DNA from: Nitrospirota bacterium
GTDB lineage: Bacteria; Nitrospirota; Thermodesulfovibrionia; UBA6902
DNA: 64,000 nucleotides
Assembly: GCA_016207885.1 (NCBI GenBank)
Contig: JACQZE010000003.1
Span: 421,117-485,116, forward strand
Direction: 5' to 3'
Shown: positions 53,901 to 64,000 of the stretch, piece after piece
How the letters are laid out: each line of letters begins with the position of its first letter
Numbering within the stretch: position 1 is the first letter of the stretch
The notes under the pieces: generated by a model
Seen by the model: only the letters and a program-made list of their open reading frames with translations
Databases searched by the model: none
Told to the model about the DNA's origin: nothing
Position numbers and translations under genes: made by a program

Positions 53901-55002
53901 CACCGCATTGATGAAGTTTAAGGTCAGGCCCGACAACGATAACCGAACGGCCTGAATAGTCAACCCTCTTTCCAAGAAGGTTCTGCCTGAAACGCCCCTG
54001 CTTGCCCTTGAGCATATCACTGAGTGATTTGAGAGGCCTCTTTGTTGCTGCCTTCAGAACCTTGCTTCTCCTGCCGTTATCAAACAGCGCGTCAACAGCC
54101 TCCTGGAGCATCCTCTTTTCATTACGTATGATAACGCTTGGAGCCTTAAGCTCCATAAGCCTCTTGAGCCTGTTGTTTCTGTTAATGACCCTTCTGTAAA
54201 GGTCGTTAAGGTCAGATGTTGCGAATCTGCCGCCTTCAAGCGGAACCAGCGGGCGAAGGTCCGGCGGAAGCACCGGGATGACATCCATTATCATCCAGTC
54301 AGGCTTGTTGCCTGATTTCCTGAACGCCTCTACAACCCTCAGCCTCTTGGTAAGTTTTCTCTTGACCCCCAAAGAGGAGGATGCCTGGATCTTTTTCCTT
54401 AATTCCTTGCTAAGGGCGTCAAGGTCTATGGTCCTGAGCAGTTCCCTTACAGCCTCTGCGCCTATACCAGCCTTGAAAGTGTCGCCTAATTCCTGTGTCT
54501 TTTTTCTAAACTCCTCATCTGTCAGAAGGTCTTTCTCCTTCAGCTTCGTATCGCCGGGGTCAACAACAACATAGCTCTCAAAATAGAGCACCCTCTCAAG
54601 CTGCCTCATTGTCATATCAAGAAGAGTGCCTATCCTTGAAGGGATACCCTTTAAAAACCATATATGGGCAACAGGTGTCGCGAGTTCTATGTGGCCGAGC
54701 CTTTCCCGTCTTGCCTTTGCCTGAATGACCTCAACTCCGCACTTATCACAGACAACTCCCCTGTGTTTCATCCTCTTGTACTTGCCGCATATGCACTCCC
54801 AGTCCTTGACAGGGCCGAATATCTTGGCGCAGAAAAGGCCGTCCCTTTCAGGTTTAAAGGTACGGTAGTTTATCGTCTCAGGCTTTGTCACCTCTCCATA
54901 TGACCATGCCCTTATCTTTTCAGGAGAGGCAAGCTTTATCTTTATCACCTCAAACTCTGTCGGGTTCTTCGGCTTTTCAAAAATCGAATATATATCTTCC
55001 AC
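50917..55002 (-). CDS. rpoC: DNA-directed RNA polymerase subunit beta'
   Basis: 1361 aa with [12 protein letters not shown], Zn-finger CxxC pairs and the standard beta' architecture. Confidence 0.97.
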   Translation of the reverse strand: MEDIYSIFEKPKNPTEFEVIKIKLASPEKIRAWSYGEVTKPETINYRTFKPERDGLFCAKIFGPVKDWECICGKYKRMKHRGVVCDKCGVEVIQAKARRERLGHIELATPVAHIWFLKGIPSRIGTLLDMTMRQLERVLYFESYVVVDPGDTKLKEKDLLTDEEFRKKTQELGDTFKAGIGAEAVRELLRTIDLDALSKELRKKIQASSSLGVKRKLTKRLRVVEAFRKSGNKPDWMIMDVIPVLPPDLRPLVPLEGGRFATSDLNDLYRRVINRNNRLKRLMELKAPSVIIRNEKRMLQEAVDALFDNGRRSKVLKAATKRPLKSLSDMLKGKQGRFRQNLLGKRVDYSGRSVIVVGPDLKLHQCGVPKSMALELFTPFVFSKLEEKGYVTTIKAAKKMVERGDEAIWDCLDEVIREHPVLLNRAPTLHRLGIQAFDPVLVEGKAIKLHPLVCTAFNADFDGDQMAIHIPLSIEAQIEARVLMMSVNNILNPSNGEPITIPSQDMVLGIYYLTKKKTGAKGEGKVFYGPEEVRIAYDAGVVSEHAAVKVRMNGSFVDTTVGRIILNEIVIDAIPYEMVNKVMTKKEVGKLISYYYKRVGRKETVAFLDNIEKIGFKYATRSGSSICIDDMHIPHQKTEFIKKAEHEVLDVENQYSDGLITNGERYNKVVDIWAQVTEKVAEAMMKELGAEGVKHVEKLTDDELKELRSFNNIFMMADSGARGSAAQIRQLAGMRGLMAKPSGEIIETPITANFREGLAPLQYFISTHGARKGLADTALKTANSGYLTRRLVDVTQDVVISEDDCGTRDGIEVASLVESGEIIEPLEERIFGRVSAEEVKDPITGKVIAKRGVEINSQLSQDIVGAGISNVKIRSVLTCESKHGVCRQCYGRDLGKGEPVEIGAAVGIVAAQSIGEPGTQLTMRTFHIGGTATRMVEQSVLKAKNNGSVQFIDLSTVKDREGSLVALTRNGSIAIVDSKGREKEKYSVVYGAKIKVKDNEKINAGDLLVEWDPYSIPIVTQVGGKIALGDIIEGVTVKEEVDEVTGLSHKVVIEYPPDRRPRLSIKDEQGRATQKIPGTNNIARYLLSLGSHLLVDRGDIVHPGDIIAKIPRETSKTKDITGGLPRVAELFEARKPKEHAVVSEIDGIVEFKGFHKGMRVVNVRGGTDTREYNIPKGKHLSVNEGEFVKAGEPLMDGSVNPHSILEILGPKELQRYLVGEVQKVYRLQGVSINDKHIEVIARQMMKKVKIEDSGDTGFLEGEQVDKADFEAENLKALKQKGQPAKAKPILLGITKASLSTYSFISAASFQETTRVLTEAAIGGATDELRGLKENVIMGRLIPAGTGMPRYRDTFISTEEQE

Positions 55003-55005
55003 GTA

Positions 55006-58000
55006 TTAATTACCCCCCTTTCCCTTATCCGAGGCTGTATGTTTGAGCTTCTCAGAACCCTGATCTCCGCCGTTTGACAGCTTATCCTCCAGCAGTTCCA
55101 CATCAAGGCCAAGGCTCTGAAGCTCCTTGATAAGAACATGGAATGATTCAGGAACTCCGGGCTCAAGATTCGCATCGCCTTTGACTATCGCCTCATAAAC
55201 GCGAGACCTTCCTGCCACATCGTCACTCTTTACGGTAAGAAACTCCTGAAGTGTGGATGCAGCGCCGTATGCCTCAAGCGCCCAGACCTCCATCTCGCCG
55301 AGCCTCTGTCCGCCGAACTGTGCCTTGCCTCCGAGCGGCTGCTGCGTTACAAGTGAATAAGGCCCTATGGAACGCGCGTGCATCTTGTTCTCAACAAGGT
55401 GATGGAGCTTCATCATATACATGCAGCCTACCGTGACCGGGTTGCTGAAAGGCTCGCCGGTCTTTCCGTCATGCAGGATTATCTGTCCGCTTGCGGGCAG
55501 ATTTGCCGATCTTAAAAGCTCCTTTATCTCTGTCTCTTTAATGCTTTCAAAAACAGGAGTAGCAACAAAGAGCCCCAGCTCCTTTGCCGCCCAGCCCAGG
55601 TGGATCTCCAGGATCTGGCCCACATTCATACGGGAAGGAACGCCGAGAGGATTAAGGACTATGTCAATTGGCGTCCCGTCAGGCATATAAGGCATATCCT
55701 CTTCAGGAACTATGATAGAGATAACTCCTTTATTGCCGTGCCTTCCGGCCATCTTGTCGCCGACCTGGATTTTCCTCTTCATGGCTATATATACCTTTAC
55801 GGTTTTAAGCACCCCGGGAGGAAGCACATCGCCTTTCTTAAAGTTCTCCTTCTTCTCTTCGTAATAGCTTTCAAGCTTCTTTAGACCAGAGAGGATATCC
55901 TTTGCAATTGATACAACCTCTTCCATGATGTTCTCGTTTGCAATACCTATCTTTGAAAGGAGCCTGTCAGGAACCTCTTCAAGTATCTTTGCCGTAAGCT
56001 GTTTCCCTTTCGCACAAAGGATACTGCTTGTCTTTTGAGACTTTATCCCTTCAGTAAGCGTCTGATTCAGCAGAAGCTTTCTCATCCTGGCATAGTTGTT
56101 CTCTTTTAATACGGCCTCTTCATCTTCGTGGTCGCGTTCAAGGCGGGCTATCTCATCTTCTTCAATGCTCTTTGCCCTCTTGTCCTTCTGTGCGCTCTTT
56201 CTTGTGAATATCTTTACATCCAGCACAGTACCGTTGATCCCGGGCGGAACATAAAGGCAGTCCTCTCTGACCTCTTCAGCCTTTTCACCGAAGATAGCCC
56301 TGAGCAATTTTTCTTCAGGTGTAAGCTGTGTCTCGCTCTTTGGAGTGACCTTGCCGACAAGTATATCTCCGGGTTTGATCTTCGCCCCTATTCTGATTAT
56401 CCCGCTCTCATCAAGGTTCCTGAGGGCCTCTTCTCCGATATTCGGTATATCCCTTGTTATCTCTTCAGGCCCCAGCTTTGTCTCCCTGGCCTCTATAGAG
56501 AACTCTTCGATATGTACTGATGTATAAACATCCTCTTTTACGAGGCGTTTGCTGATAATAATGGCATCCTCAAAGTTGTACCCTCCCCAAGGCATGAAAG
56601 CAAGCATGACATTCTTGCCGAGAGCCAGTTCGCCCATATCGGTAGCAGGCCCGTCAGCTATTACCTGGCCTTTTTTTACATGATCCCCCAGCTTCACGAT
56701 AGGCTTCTGATTAACGCTCGTAGCCTGATTGGATCTGTAGAATTTTACGAGGGTATAAATATCCACCCCTCCGTCATCAGCCTTGATTATGATCCTTGAA
56801 CAATCAACAGACGCTATCTCTCCCGGCCGTTTTGCAGTTATAACAACTCCCGAACCCTTGGCTGCGACCACTTCCATTCCGGTTCCAACCCTCGGGGCTT
56901 CCGTATGGAGCAGCGGGACAGCCTGCCTCTGCATGTTTGAGCCCATGAGCGCCCTGTTTGCGTCATCATTTTCAAGAAAAGGAATGAGCGCGGTTGCAAC
57001 ACTGACGATCTGTTTTGGAGAAACATCCATATACTGAATATCATTGGGGTTCAGCATCTTGAAGTCCCCGCCTGACCGGCCTGCGACAGTCTCGCCTATG
57101 AGATTGCCGTCCTTATCCAGAGGAGTCGTTGACTGCGCAATGATATGCTTTTCACCGTCTATGGCAGACAGGTACTCGATCTCTTTTGCCGCGGTGCCGT
57201 CTTTCACTTTTCTGTAAGGCGTTTCTATAAAACCAAAATCATTGACCCTTGCATAAGTGGCCAGCGATGTTATCAGTCCTATGTTTGGCCCTTCAGGAGT
57301 TTCAACAGGACATATACGGCCGTAATGCGTCGGGTGAACGTCCCTGACCTCAAAACCTGCCCTCTCCCGTGTAAGGCCTCCGGGCCCGAGGGCGCTGAGC
57401 CTTCTCTTATGCGTTATCTCTGACAAGGGATTCGTCTGATCCATGAACTGGCTCAGCTGGCTCGATCCGAAGAACTCCTTGATCACGGCGATAACCGTCT
57501 TTGCGTTTATAAGGTCATGCGGCATTGCAGTCTCAAGTTCCGCAAGTATCATCTTTTCCTTGATAGCCCTCTCCATCCTCACAAGGCCTATCCTGAACTG
57601 ATTTTCCAGAAGCTCGCCGACAGCTCTTATCCTTCTGTTCCCCAGATGGTCGATATCATCGATCTCGCCCCGTCCGGCCCTCAGCTCCAACAGATATTTG
57701 AATATTTCGATAATATCTTCATTCGTCAGGATCCTCGTCTCAAGAGGAATGTTAAGACGCAGGCGCTTGTTAAGCTTCAGCCTTCCTACAGTTGAAAGAT
57801 CGTATCTCTTGGGGTCAAAGAAGAGCCCGTTAAAGAGCGCTTCAGCATCGGCAATAGAAGGCGGATCACCGGGCCTCAGTTTTTTATATATCTGCGTGAG
57901 AGCCTCTTCCTTGGTCTTTACCTTGTCCATGATCAATGTGTTTCTCAGGGAAGGAAGATACCTGATGCCGTCAATGAACAACAGCTGAAGTTCAACTTCT

Positions 58001-58995
58001 TTAAAAGAAGATATCTTGTTAAATATATCCTCGCTTATCTCTTCATTGCTTTCCAGGATGACCTCTCCGGTCTCAGGGTCAATGATGTCCTTCAGCGTAA
58101 CCCTGCCTATCAGGTCTTCTTTTAATAGAGGAATGCTCTCTATCCCCGCAGCCTGGATCTTCTTGTATATGGATTCGGAGATCTTGCCGTTCTCTTTTAC
58201 GATGACCTCTTTTGTCTTTGGAGCAATTATCTCGATAGCTGCCCTTAACCCCACCAGCACATCGCTTACCTTACGGGTAGCTGCGCCTTTTTTGATAGTT
58301 ACGATTTCAGTGGGATAATATTTTTTAAGGATATCTTCTTCTGAATGGTCAAGGGCCTTGAGTATTATCGTGGCAGGGAGTTTCTTCCTTCTGTCGATCC
58401 TTACATAAAGGATATCTTTTGAATCGAACTCAAAGTCAAACCATGACCCTCTTGCCGGAATTATCCGGGCAGAAAAAAGCGTTTTACCGCCTAAGCTCGT
58501 CTTTACCTTATCCGGGCTGAAAAAGACTCCGGGAGACCTGTGCAGCTGGCTTACAATGACCCTTTCGATGCCGTTAATAATAAAAGTGCCTGTATCCGTC
58601 ATCAACGGGAGCTCCCCTAAATAGACTTCCTGCTCCCTTGATTCTTTTATTATCTTTTTGCCGGAATCATCTTTTTCCCAGAGATTCAGCCTGACCTTTA
58701 TCTTTAAAGGGGTCGCGTAGTTCACGCCCCTCTCCAGGCATTCCCGTGCATCAAATTTAGGCTTGCCGACTATATATTCGACAAACTCCATGGATGCTGT
58801 TTCATTATAATCAAATATAGGGAACACGCTGCTGAAAGCCGCCTGTAAACCTATATCCTCTTTTTTGGAAGGCGGGATGTCCTGCTGTAAGAAACGGTAA
58901 TAAGATCGCTTTTGTATCTCAAGAAGATCAGGAATGGCAAGCACCTCTTCTGACGACTTCCCAAGATTTTTTCTAACCCTCGAACTACTGGCCAT
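55006..58995 (-). CDS. rpoB: DNA-directed RNA polymerase subunit beta
   Basis: 1329 aa, with the rifampicin-cluster region ...[26 protein letters not shown]... Confidence 0.97.
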   Translation of the reverse strand: MASSSRVRKNLGKSSEEVLAIPDLLEIQKRSYYRFLQQDIPPSKKEDIGLQAAFSSVFPIFDYNETASMEFVEYIVGKPKFDARECLERGVNYATPLKIKVRLNLWEKDDSGKKIIKESREQEVYLGELPLMTDTGTFIINGIERVIVSQLHRSPGVFFSPDKVKTSLGGKTLFSARIIPARGSWFDFEFDSKDILYVRIDRRKKLPATIILKALDHSEEDILKKYYPTEIVTIKKGAATRKVSDVLVGLRAAIEIIAPKTKEVIVKENGKISESIYKKIQAAGIESIPLLKEDLIGRVTLKDIIDPETGEVILESNEEISEDIFNKISSFKEVELQLLFIDGIRYLPSLRNTLIMDKVKTKEEALTQIYKKLRPGDPPSIADAEALFNGLFFDPKRYDLSTVGRLKLNKRLRLNIPLETRILTNEDIIEIFKYLLELRAGRGEIDDIDHLGNRRIRAVGELLENQFRIGLVRMERAIKEKMILAELETAMPHDLINAKTVIAVIKEFFGSSQLSQFMDQTNPLSEITHKRRLSALGPGGLTRERAGFEVRDVHPTHYGRICPVETPEGPNIGLITSLATYARVNDFGFIETPYRKVKDGTAAKEIEYLSAIDGEKHIIAQSTTPLDKDGNLIGETVAGRSGGDFKMLNPNDIQYMDVSPKQIVSVATALIPFLENDDANRALMGSNMQRQAVPLLHTEAPRVGTGMEVVAAKGSGVVITAKRPGEIASVDCSRIIIKADDGGVDIYTLVKFYRSNQATSVNQKPIVKLGDHVKKGQVIADGPATDMGELALGKNVMLAFMPWGGYNFEDAIIISKRLVKEDVYTSVHIEEFSIEARETKLGPEEITRDIPNIGEEALRNLDESGIIRIGAKIKPGDILVGKVTPKSETQLTPEEKLLRAIFGEKAEEVREDCLYVPPGINGTVLDVKIFTRKSAQKDKRAKSIEEDEIARLERDHEDEEAVLKENNYARMRKLLLNQTLTEGIKSQKTSSILCAKGKQLTAKILEEVPDRLLSKIGIANENIMEEVVSIAKDILSGLKKLESYYEEKKENFKKGDVLPPGVLKTVKVYIAMKRKIQVGDKMAGRHGNKGVISIIVPEEDMPYMPDGTPIDIVLNPLGVPSRMNVGQILEIHLGWAAKELGLFVATPVFESIKETEIKELLRSANLPASGQIILHDGKTGEPFSNPVTVGCMYMMKLHHLVENKMHARSIGPYSLVTQQPLGGKAQFGGQRLGEMEVWALEAYGAASTLQEFLTVKSDDVAGRSRVYEAIVKGDANLEPGVPESFHVLIKELQSLGLDVELLEDKLSNGGDQGSEKLKHTASDKGKGGN

Positions 58996-59081
58996 ATTTC
59001 TCCTTTGGTAAACAGAAGTTTATCCATCGGGCACAGTCCGGCATCTAAACCGTCTGTGCCCGAAACTCGTATATCAATTAT

Positions 59082-59459
59082 TTACTTAACTTCTACAGAT
59101 GCGCCCTGCTCCACAAGCTTTGCCTTGATAGCCTCTGCTTCGTCCTTTGTCACACCGGTCTTAACGGGATTCGGCGCGCCGTCAACAAGGTCTTTTGCCT
59201 CTTTAAGTCCGAGGCTGGTTATCTCCCTGACAACCTTGATCACCTGTATCTTCTTGTCACCTGCGGCAGTAAGAACTACATCAAAGCTTGTCTTCTCTTC
59301 CACAGCCGCTGCTGCCGGAGCTGCCCCTGCTGCTGCTACCGCGACAGGCGCTGCCGCGCTGACGCCGTATCTTGTCTCAAACTCCTTAATGAACTCTGAT
59401 ATCTCCAGAATCGTCATCTTGTCAATAAATCCAAATACATCTTCCTTTGTTGCAGACAT
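59082..59459 (-). CDS. rplL: 50S ribosomal protein L7/L12
   Basis: 125 aa with an Ala-rich hinge and C-terminal ...[11 protein letters not shown]...[14 protein letters not shown]. Confidence 0.95.
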   Translation of the reverse strand: MSATKEDVFGFIDKMTILEISEFIKEFETRYGVSAAAPVAVAAAGAAPAAAAVEEKTSFDVVLTAAGDKKIQVIKVVREITSLGLKEAKDLVDGAPNPVKTGVTKDEAEAIKAKLVEQGASVEVK

Positions 59460-59500
59460 GTTCCCTCCTGATTTTTTTTAATATAAATTATAAATTTAGT

Positions 59501-60039
59501 TTATGAATCACGCTTAGTCTTAAGCGCTTCCATTGCGTAAATGATCTGAGCGACTGACGCATTCAGCAGCCTTGCAAGCTTGCTGACAGGCGACTGCATG
59601 GCTCCGATAAGCATTGACAGCTGGACTTCTCTTGACGGAAGCTCTGAGATGGTCTTGATCTGCGCGGCATTGCAGACCCCGCCTTCGACCATTCCTCCCT
59701 TGATCTGGAGCTTTTCATTCGCCTTGCTGAATTCAAGCATCTGCTTGGCAAGCATAACAGGATCACCATAGCCGAACGCTACCCCTACAGGGCCTTTGAA
59801 CATCTCTTTTGCGGCATTAACAGGCGTCTCAACTGCGGCTCTCTTGGCAAGCGTGTTCTTGACTACCCTGTATTCGAAGGAATGTTCCCTCAGCTTCTTC
59901 CTGAGATCGGATATTTCCTCAACAGTGAGTCCCCTATAATCGGTAAAGATAAGACCTGTTGCCTTGCTGAACTTTTCCTGGAGCTCTGTTATTACACGGA
60001 CTTTCTCTTCTTTTTTCAGCTTCTTTCCCCCCTTTCCAT
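59501..60039 (-). CDS. rplJ: 50S ribosomal protein L10 (start reached only through a 1-nt frame change in a G6 run)
   Basis: The ORF-frame translation ...GGKKLKKEEKVRVITELQEKF...RGLTVEEISDLRKKLRE... has no in-frame start. The ATG at 60037-60039 (minus strand) reads MERGGKKL... only if the G6 homopolymer (60027-60032) were G7. Confidence 0.7.
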
Positions 60040-60277
60040 ATAATCAGAGACCCCGGTTTGAGAGTTGAAAATTAAGAGTTGAGAGTTTAACGTTATTTAA
60101 AATAACTAACCTTAAACCTTTCACTTTCAGTTTTTAACTTTTTTCCGATCTGCGCAGGTCGATACGGCCCGTTTCCGGTCTCGTGTCTCTCTTGTTTAAG
60201 CCGCCCGTAAAAAGGGGCAGCGCCTGCGGTCTCCGACCTTTATATTTATCAGCCTTATAATGGCTGATTCCTGCAAT
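60040..60277 (-). promoter_or_regulatory. rplJ leader region (candidate L10-leader autoregulatory RNA)
   Basis: A 238-nt untranslated GC-rich structured segment lies between rplA and rplJ. This is the position of L10-leader elements in many bacteria. Its structure was not verified. Confidence 0.3.
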
Positions 60278-60967
60278 CTATGCCGGTACTGCCGTCTGGG
60301 TATCCACGGGCACACCCGCTCCCATTGTTGATGAAACAGATATCTTCTTTAAAAATTTCCCTTTGCTGGTAGAAGGCTTTGCCCTGACAATGGATTTAAT
60401 TACCGACTGGGCGTTATCAAAAAGCTTTTCGCTCTCAAATGAGACCTTCCCTATCGGGACATGGATAATAGCTCCCTTTTCTGTCTTGTACTCTACCTTT
60501 CCGGCCTTTGCCTCTTTAACGGCATTTGCCACGTCAAAAGTTACAGTGCCTGTCTTCGGGTTGGGCATAAGGCCTCTGGGGCCCAGCAGCTTGCCGATCT
60601 TGCCGACAACACCCATGATGTCAGGAGTTGCAATTACCCGGTCAAACTCAAACCAGCCCTTGCTTATCTTATCGGCAAGGTCCTCGGCGCCCACCTCATC
60701 AGCTCCGGCATCCATGGCCTCTTTGCCCTTATCGCCTTTTGCAAAAACCACGACCCGCACTTCCTTCCCAAGCCCGTGCGGCAGAACAACACTGCCCCTT
60801 ACAAGCTGGTCGGATTTCTTGGCGTCAATGCCGATATTAACGGCAAGGTCAACGGTTTCATCAAACTTCGTATGCGCAAGCCCCTTGACAAGGTCAATTG
60901 CCTCTTTCAGGTTATACTGATTTTCCCTGTTTATCTTTCCTTTTGCTTCATCATGTTTCTTGCTCAT
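60278..60967 (-). CDS. rplA: 50S ribosomal protein L1
   Basis: 229 aa, L1 signature throughout. Confidence 0.95.
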   Translation of the reverse strand: MSKKHDEAKGKINRENQYNLKEAIDLVKGLAHTKFDETVDLAVNIGIDAKKSDQLVRGSVVLPHGLGKEVRVVVFAKGDKGKEAMDAGADEVGAEDLADKISKGWFEFDRVIATPDIMGVVGKIGKLLGPRGLMPNPKTGTVTFDVANAVKEAKAGKVEYKTEKGAIIHVPIGKVSFESEKLFDNAQSVIKSIVRAKPSTSKGKFLKKISVSSTMGAGVPVDTQTAVPA

Positions 60968-61005
60968 TGTTCCCCCAATAAAAAATCAAAATTGATATTG
61001 AATTT

Positions 61006-61437
61006 TTAACCTGTTATCTCTACGCCCATGCTCCTGGCAGTTCCTTTTATGGTCTGCATAGCCTTTTCAAGATCGAATGCATTTAAATCCGGCATCTTGG
61101 TCTTGGCTATCTCTTCCACCTGTGCCATGGATATCTTCCCGACTTTATCTTTGTTGGGAACACTGGAGCCTTTGATTATACCGGCTGCCTTCTTTATAAG
61201 CTGAGAGGCGGGCGGCGTCTTTAAGATAAAAGTAAATGACCTGTCCTTGTATATGGTAAGAAGAACCGGAACGATGGTATCTCCCATAGCCTTTGTCTGA
61301 GCATTAAAGGAGTTGCAGAAATCCATAATATTGATGCCGTGAGGCCCGAGCGCAGGCCCTATCGGCGGAGCCGGATTAGCCTTCCCTGCAGTTACCTGAA
61401 GTTTTACCATTGCTGTTACTTCTTTTTGTGGTGCCAT
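61006..61437 (-). CDS. rplK: 50S ribosomal protein L11
   Basis: ...[37 protein letters not shown]... Confidence 0.95.
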   Translation of the reverse strand: MAPQKEVTAMVKLQVTAGKANPAPPIGPALGPHGINIMDFCNSFNAQTKAMGDTIVPVLLTIYKDRSFTFILKTPPASQLIKKAAGIIKGSSVPNKDKVGKISMAQVEEIAKTKMPDLNAFDLEKAMQTIKGTARSMGVEITG

Positions 61438-61465
61438 TTATTCCTCCAACAAATCCGATTTATTT

Positions 61466-61984
61466 TTATGTCTTTTCAACCTGTAAGAAATCCAGCTCAA
61501 CAGATGTCTGCCTGCCGAACACGCTGACCATGATCTTCAGCTTATTGTGAATGTCATCTATCTCATCAACAAAACCGTTGAAATTGGCAAAGGCGCCGTC
61601 AGTTATCCGTACATCATCACCCTTGTTGAACTGGGTCTTGACCCTTGATGAAGATCCGTCTTCCATCTGCCGTATAATAACGTCCACTTCATCCTGCTGA
61701 AGCGGGGCAGGTATTTCGCCGCCTACGAACCCTGTGACCCTCGGGGTGCTGCTGACAAGGTGCCACGTCTCGTTATTAAGTTCCATCTTTATCAGGATAT
61801 ATCCCGGATAGAACTTCCTTTCCAACTGCTTCTTTTTCCCGGCCTTCAACTCTACCACCTTTTCGGTAGGTATCATGATCTGCTCGATCTTTTCGGTCAG
61901 CCCCCGCCTGCGCGCGCCGTCCTCAATAGTTGCCTTTACCTTATCCTCAAAGCCGGAGTAAATATGCACAACATACCATTCCAT
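61466..61984 (-). CDS. nusG: transcription termination/antitermination factor NusG
   Basis: MEWYVVHIYSGFEDKV (NGN domain) and a C-terminal KOW domain (VRITDGAFANFNGFV). Confidence 0.93.
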   Translation of the reverse strand: MEWYVVHIYSGFEDKVKATIEDGARRRGLTEKIEQIMIPTEKVVELKAGKKKQLERKFYPGYILIKMELNNETWHLVSSTPRVTGFVGGEIPAPLQQDEVDVIIRQMEDGSSSRVKTQFNKGDDVRITDGAFANFNGFVDEIDDIHNKLKIMVSVFGRQTSVELDFLQVEKT

Positions 61985-61997
61985 AGTTATAATCCTT

Positions 61998-62183
61998 TTA
62001 CTTGATAACTAATTCTATTAGTTTGGAAAGCACCAGATCTATCACTCCAAGGAAAAATGCCGTAATAAATACCAGCACAAGCACGACCTTGGTCGAACCT
62101 ATCACTTCCTCCTTACCTGGGAAAACAACCTTCTTTAATTCTGTCTTTACTTCCGTAAAAAATAATTTTATCTTTTCGAACAC
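61998..62183 (-). CDS. secE: preprotein translocase subunit SecE
   Basis: 61 aa with a single C-terminal TM helix. It occupies the canonical position between rpmG and nusG. Confidence 0.85.
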   Translation of the reverse strand: MFEKIKLFFTEVKTELKKVVFPGKEEVIGSTKVVLVLVFITAFFLGVIDLVLSKLIELVIK

Positions 62184-62215
62184 TTTTTCCGCCTTCCCTT
62201 TAAAATAAAGTTAAA

Positions 62216-62291
62216 TGGCAGGCCAGGAGGGATTTGAACCCCCAGCCCTCGGATTTGGAGTCCGGCGCTCTACCGTTAGAGCTACTGGCCT
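62216..62291 (-). tRNA. tRNA-Trp (anticodon CCA), 3' CCA encoded
   Basis: The reverse complement AGGCCAGTAGCTCTAACGGTAGAGCGCCGGACTCCAAATCCGAGGGCTGGGGGTTCAAATCCCTCCTGGCCTGCCA has a 7-bp acceptor stem and a CU-CCA-AA anticodon loop. Confidence 0.9.
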
Positions 62292-62380
62292 ATACCAAAA
62301 TCAAAATAATAATTTTAAATTTAAATTAAGGTTATAAAAAATTACCTGCTTAATTTTGATCTTTAATCTTTGGGTTTTCT

Positions 62381-62533
62381 CTATGCCTTTGTCTCTTTAT
62401 GAATTACGTGCTGCCTGCAATGCTTGCAGTATTTCTTGAGATTAAGCTTCTCTTTTGTGTTCTTCTTGTTCTTTGTAGTGGAGTAGTTCTTATTCTTGCA
62501 GCTTGTACACTGTAAAAGTATTATATCCTGCAT
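62381..62533 (-). CDS. rpmG: 50S ribosomal protein L33
   Basis: [50 protein letters not shown] (50 aa, zinc-ribbon CxxC...CxxC). It is not in the supplied ORF track. Confidence 0.85.
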   Translation of the reverse strand: MQDIILLQCTSCKNKNYSTTKNKKNTKEKLNLKKYCKHCRQHVIHKETKA

Positions 62534-62573
62534 TTATCCCGTTTCCTTTTAGTGTTTTAGAATATGTTCGGTT

Positions 62574-63673
62574 CTATTCAATGACCTTTGCGACAACACC
62601 TGCTCCCACTGTCCTTCCGCCCTCTCTCACCGCAAACCTCAATCCCTCTTCCATCGCTATGTTGCTTATGAGCTCAACTTCTATATTGACGTTGTCTCCG
62701 GGCATTACCATCTCTACTCCCTCAGGCAGCTGCGCTATTCCCGTTACGTCCGTCGTCCTGAAGTAAAACTGCGGCCTGTATCCTTTAAAGAACGGCGTAT
62801 GCCTTCCGCCCTCTTCTTTTGTAAGTATGTATACTTCCGCATTGAACTTCTTGTGCGGGGTTATGCTCCCTGGCTTTGCCAATACCATGCCTCTTTCAAC
62901 TTCGTCTTTGGCCGTTCCCCTGAGAAGCCTACGTTCTCTCCTACTTTCAATATTCCTCTTTCTACTCTGCCTGTACAGACTGTCCCTCTTCCTGAGATGC
63001 TGAATACGTCTTCTATCGGCATAAGGAACGGCTTGTCTGTGTCTCTTACAGGTGTCGGTATGTAACTGTCCAAAGCGTCCATCAGCTCTTTCAGGCTCTT
63101 GTATTCTTCTGCGTTAGGGTCTGTGCTGGTGCTCTCTATTGCTTTGAGCGCGGATCCCTTGATTATTGGAACATCATCCCCAGGAAAGTCATATTTGCTT
63201 AAGAGCTCTCTTATCTCCATCTCTACAAGCTCTAACAGTTCAGGGTCATCTACCTGGTCTGTCTTGTTCATGTATACGATTATGTACGGAACTCCTACCT
63301 GTCTTGCAAGAAGGATATGCTCTCTCGTCTGCGGCATCGGCCCGTCTGCTGCCGACACTACAAGCACTGCTCCGTCCATCTGCGCCGCTCCTGTTATCAT
63401 GTTCTTTACGTAATCAGCATGCCCCGGACAGTCTACATGCGCGTAGTGCCTTGCCGCTGTCTGGTATTCTACATGCGCTGTTGCTATGGTTATTCCCCTT
63501 GCCTTCTCTTCAGGGGCATTGTCTATGGAATCATATGCGCGGTATGTCGCTCCGCCGCCAAATGCCAAATATTTAGTTATAGCTGCCGTTAATGTCGTCT
63601 TCCCATGGTCAACATGCCCTATTGTTCCTACGTTAACGTGCGGCTTCCCTCTGTCAAATTTCGCCTTTGCCAT
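62574..63673 (-). pseudogene. tuf: elongation factor Tu, disrupted (two ORFs in different frames; about 33 codons of domain 2 absent)
   Basis: The N-terminal ORF 62861..63673 ([15 protein letters not shown]...[14 protein letters not shown]) and the C-terminal ORF 62574..62888 ([14 protein letters not shown]...VVAKVIE) are both unmistakably EF-Tu. They join only with a +1/+4-nt correction in the ttcttctc tract near 62922. The segment between canonical KVGE(EVEIVG...RAGE)NVG is missing. Confidence 0.7.
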
Positions 63674-63730
63674 TACTCCCCTCCTTTATTCCCCTTTGCC
63701 AACTGAGCTACATGGGCGTCTCCTTTATAA

Positions 63731-63805
63731 TGGAGCGGGAAACGGGACTCGAACCCGCGACCCTCAGCTTGGAAGGCTGACGCTCTACCACTGAGCTACT
63801 CCCGC
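63731..63805 (-). tRNA. tRNA-Gly (anticodon UCC)
   Basis: The reverse complement GCGGGAGTAGCTCAGTGGTAGAGCGTCAGCCTTCCAAGCTGAGGGTCGCGGGTTCGAGTCCCGTTTCCCGCTCCA has anticodon loop CU-UCC-AA. CCA is encoded. Confidence 0.85.
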
Positions 63806-63910
63806 ACACAATAAAGTTAAAAGTGAAAAATTAAAAAACCTTTTGATCCTTTAACTCTTAACTTTTAATTCTCAACTTTCAAATACAAAGTCTGCAAAGC
63901 AAACTTTGCA

Positions 63911-63995
63911 TGGTGGAGAGGGGAGGATTCGAACCTCCGAAGGCGGAGCCGTCAGATTTACAGTCTGATCCCTTTGGCCACTCGGGAACCTCTCC
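63911..63995 (-). tRNA. tRNA-Tyr (anticodon GUA), long variable arm
   Basis: The reverse complement GGAGAGGTTCCCGAGTGGCCAAAGGGATCAGACTGTAAATCTGACGGCTCCGCCTTCGGAGGTTCGAATCCTCCCCTCTCCACCA is 85 nt. Confidence 0.88.
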
Positions 63996-64000
63996 TGATC

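Noticed and set aside
51295-58318. Numerous 60-195-aa ORFs inside rpoC/rpoB on the opposite strand or in other frames
   Set aside because: Embedded in highly conserved RNAP genes. Typical antisense ORF noise.
63731-63805. Expected tRNA-Thr upstream of tuf (by E. coli thrT-tufB synteny)
   Set aside because: The anticodon loop reads CU-UCC-AA, so this is tRNA-Gly(UCC). Synteny expectation overridden by sequence.
60058-63880. AT-rich motif AGTTGA(A/G)AATTAA(G/A)AGTT shared between 60058-60090 and the tRNA-Gly/tRNA-Tyr spacer (63841-63880, opposite orientation)
   Set aside because: Only two short, low-complexity copies in promoter-like AT-rich DNA. Cannot be distinguished from chance or UP-element-like composition.

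Overview
This window reads as a bacterial chromosome segment, probably from an anaerobe; the taxon cannot be assigned with confidence from the sequence alone. It is dominated by a nitrogen-fixation and nitrogen-regulation region and ends in the conserved ribosomal-protein/RNA-polymerase cluster.

- **Redox genes (about 1-2.9 kb, minus strand):** a triheme cytochrome c, a membrane protein, and a cNMP-binding/ferredoxin-domain protein.
- **Salvage genes (about 3.1-5.6 kb):** a HAD hydrolase, MTA phosphorylase, adenine phosphoribosyltransferase and a PilZ-domain protein.
- **nif cluster (5.9-17.1 kb, plus strand):** nifH, nifD, nifK, a fused nifE-nifN, a NifX-family protein, nifI1, nifI2, a ferredoxin, nifB, a HesA/MoeB-like protein and nifV. 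The nifH promoter is sigma-54 type with an upstream TGT-N10-ACA palindrome.
- **RelA/SpoT-like gene (17.2-18.7 kb):** a 496-aa protein with a nucleotidyltransferase domain, driven by a sigma-54 promoter nearly identical to the nifH one.
- **Fis/NtrC-type HTH ORF (18.8-19.0 kb):** a 63-aa ORF whose ATG sits about 12 nt downstream of the -12 element of another sigma-54 promoter.
- **Ammonium-uptake module (19.1-23.3 kb):** a small outer-membrane barrel (apparently frameshifted), then amt-glnK and a mirrored glnK-amt pair, then a class I glutamine amidotransferase.
- **glnA / island / glnB / glnE (24.2-37.1 kb):** between convergent glnA and glnB lies an 8-kb minus-strand island with no recombinase gene. 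It carries type III Mod, a split AlbA_2/HATPase_c_4 gene, a split type III Res, and a Fic cassette bounded by an ~85-bp imperfect direct repeat derived from the glnB 3' end plus terminator.
- **Downstream genes (37.1-50.7 kb):** lptF/lptG, a BrnT/BrnA toxin-antitoxin pair, a tandem-Usp protein, a P-type ATPase, a c-di-AMP (ydaO-class) riboswitch upstream of a KimA-like potassium transporter, two YVTN beta-propeller paralogs, a class IV aminotransferase, an MthK-like K+ channel, and an HTH-Fic gene with palindromic operators.
- **Ribosomal/RNAP cluster (50.9-64.0 kb, minus strand):** rpoC, rpoB, rplL, rplJ, rplA, rplK, nusG, secE, tRNA-Trp, rpmG, tuf, tRNA-Gly(UCC) and tRNA-Tyr.

The most unusual signal is a family of short C/G-rich palindromic elements (cores CCCCCTCTTA-N4-TAAGAGGGGG and CCCCC..aagccaacagtagg..GGGGG). 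They occur both in intergenic regions and as in-frame insertions in nifEN (two copies), mod, res and the P-type ATPase (two copies). They add Pro/Gly-rich peptide segments and resemble the Rickettsia palindromic elements.

Several genes show apparent +/-1 frameshifts at homopolymers or microrepeats: the porin, res, the AlbA_2/HATPase gene, tuf and the rplJ start. Real pseudogenisation cannot be distinguished from consensus indel errors without resequencing.
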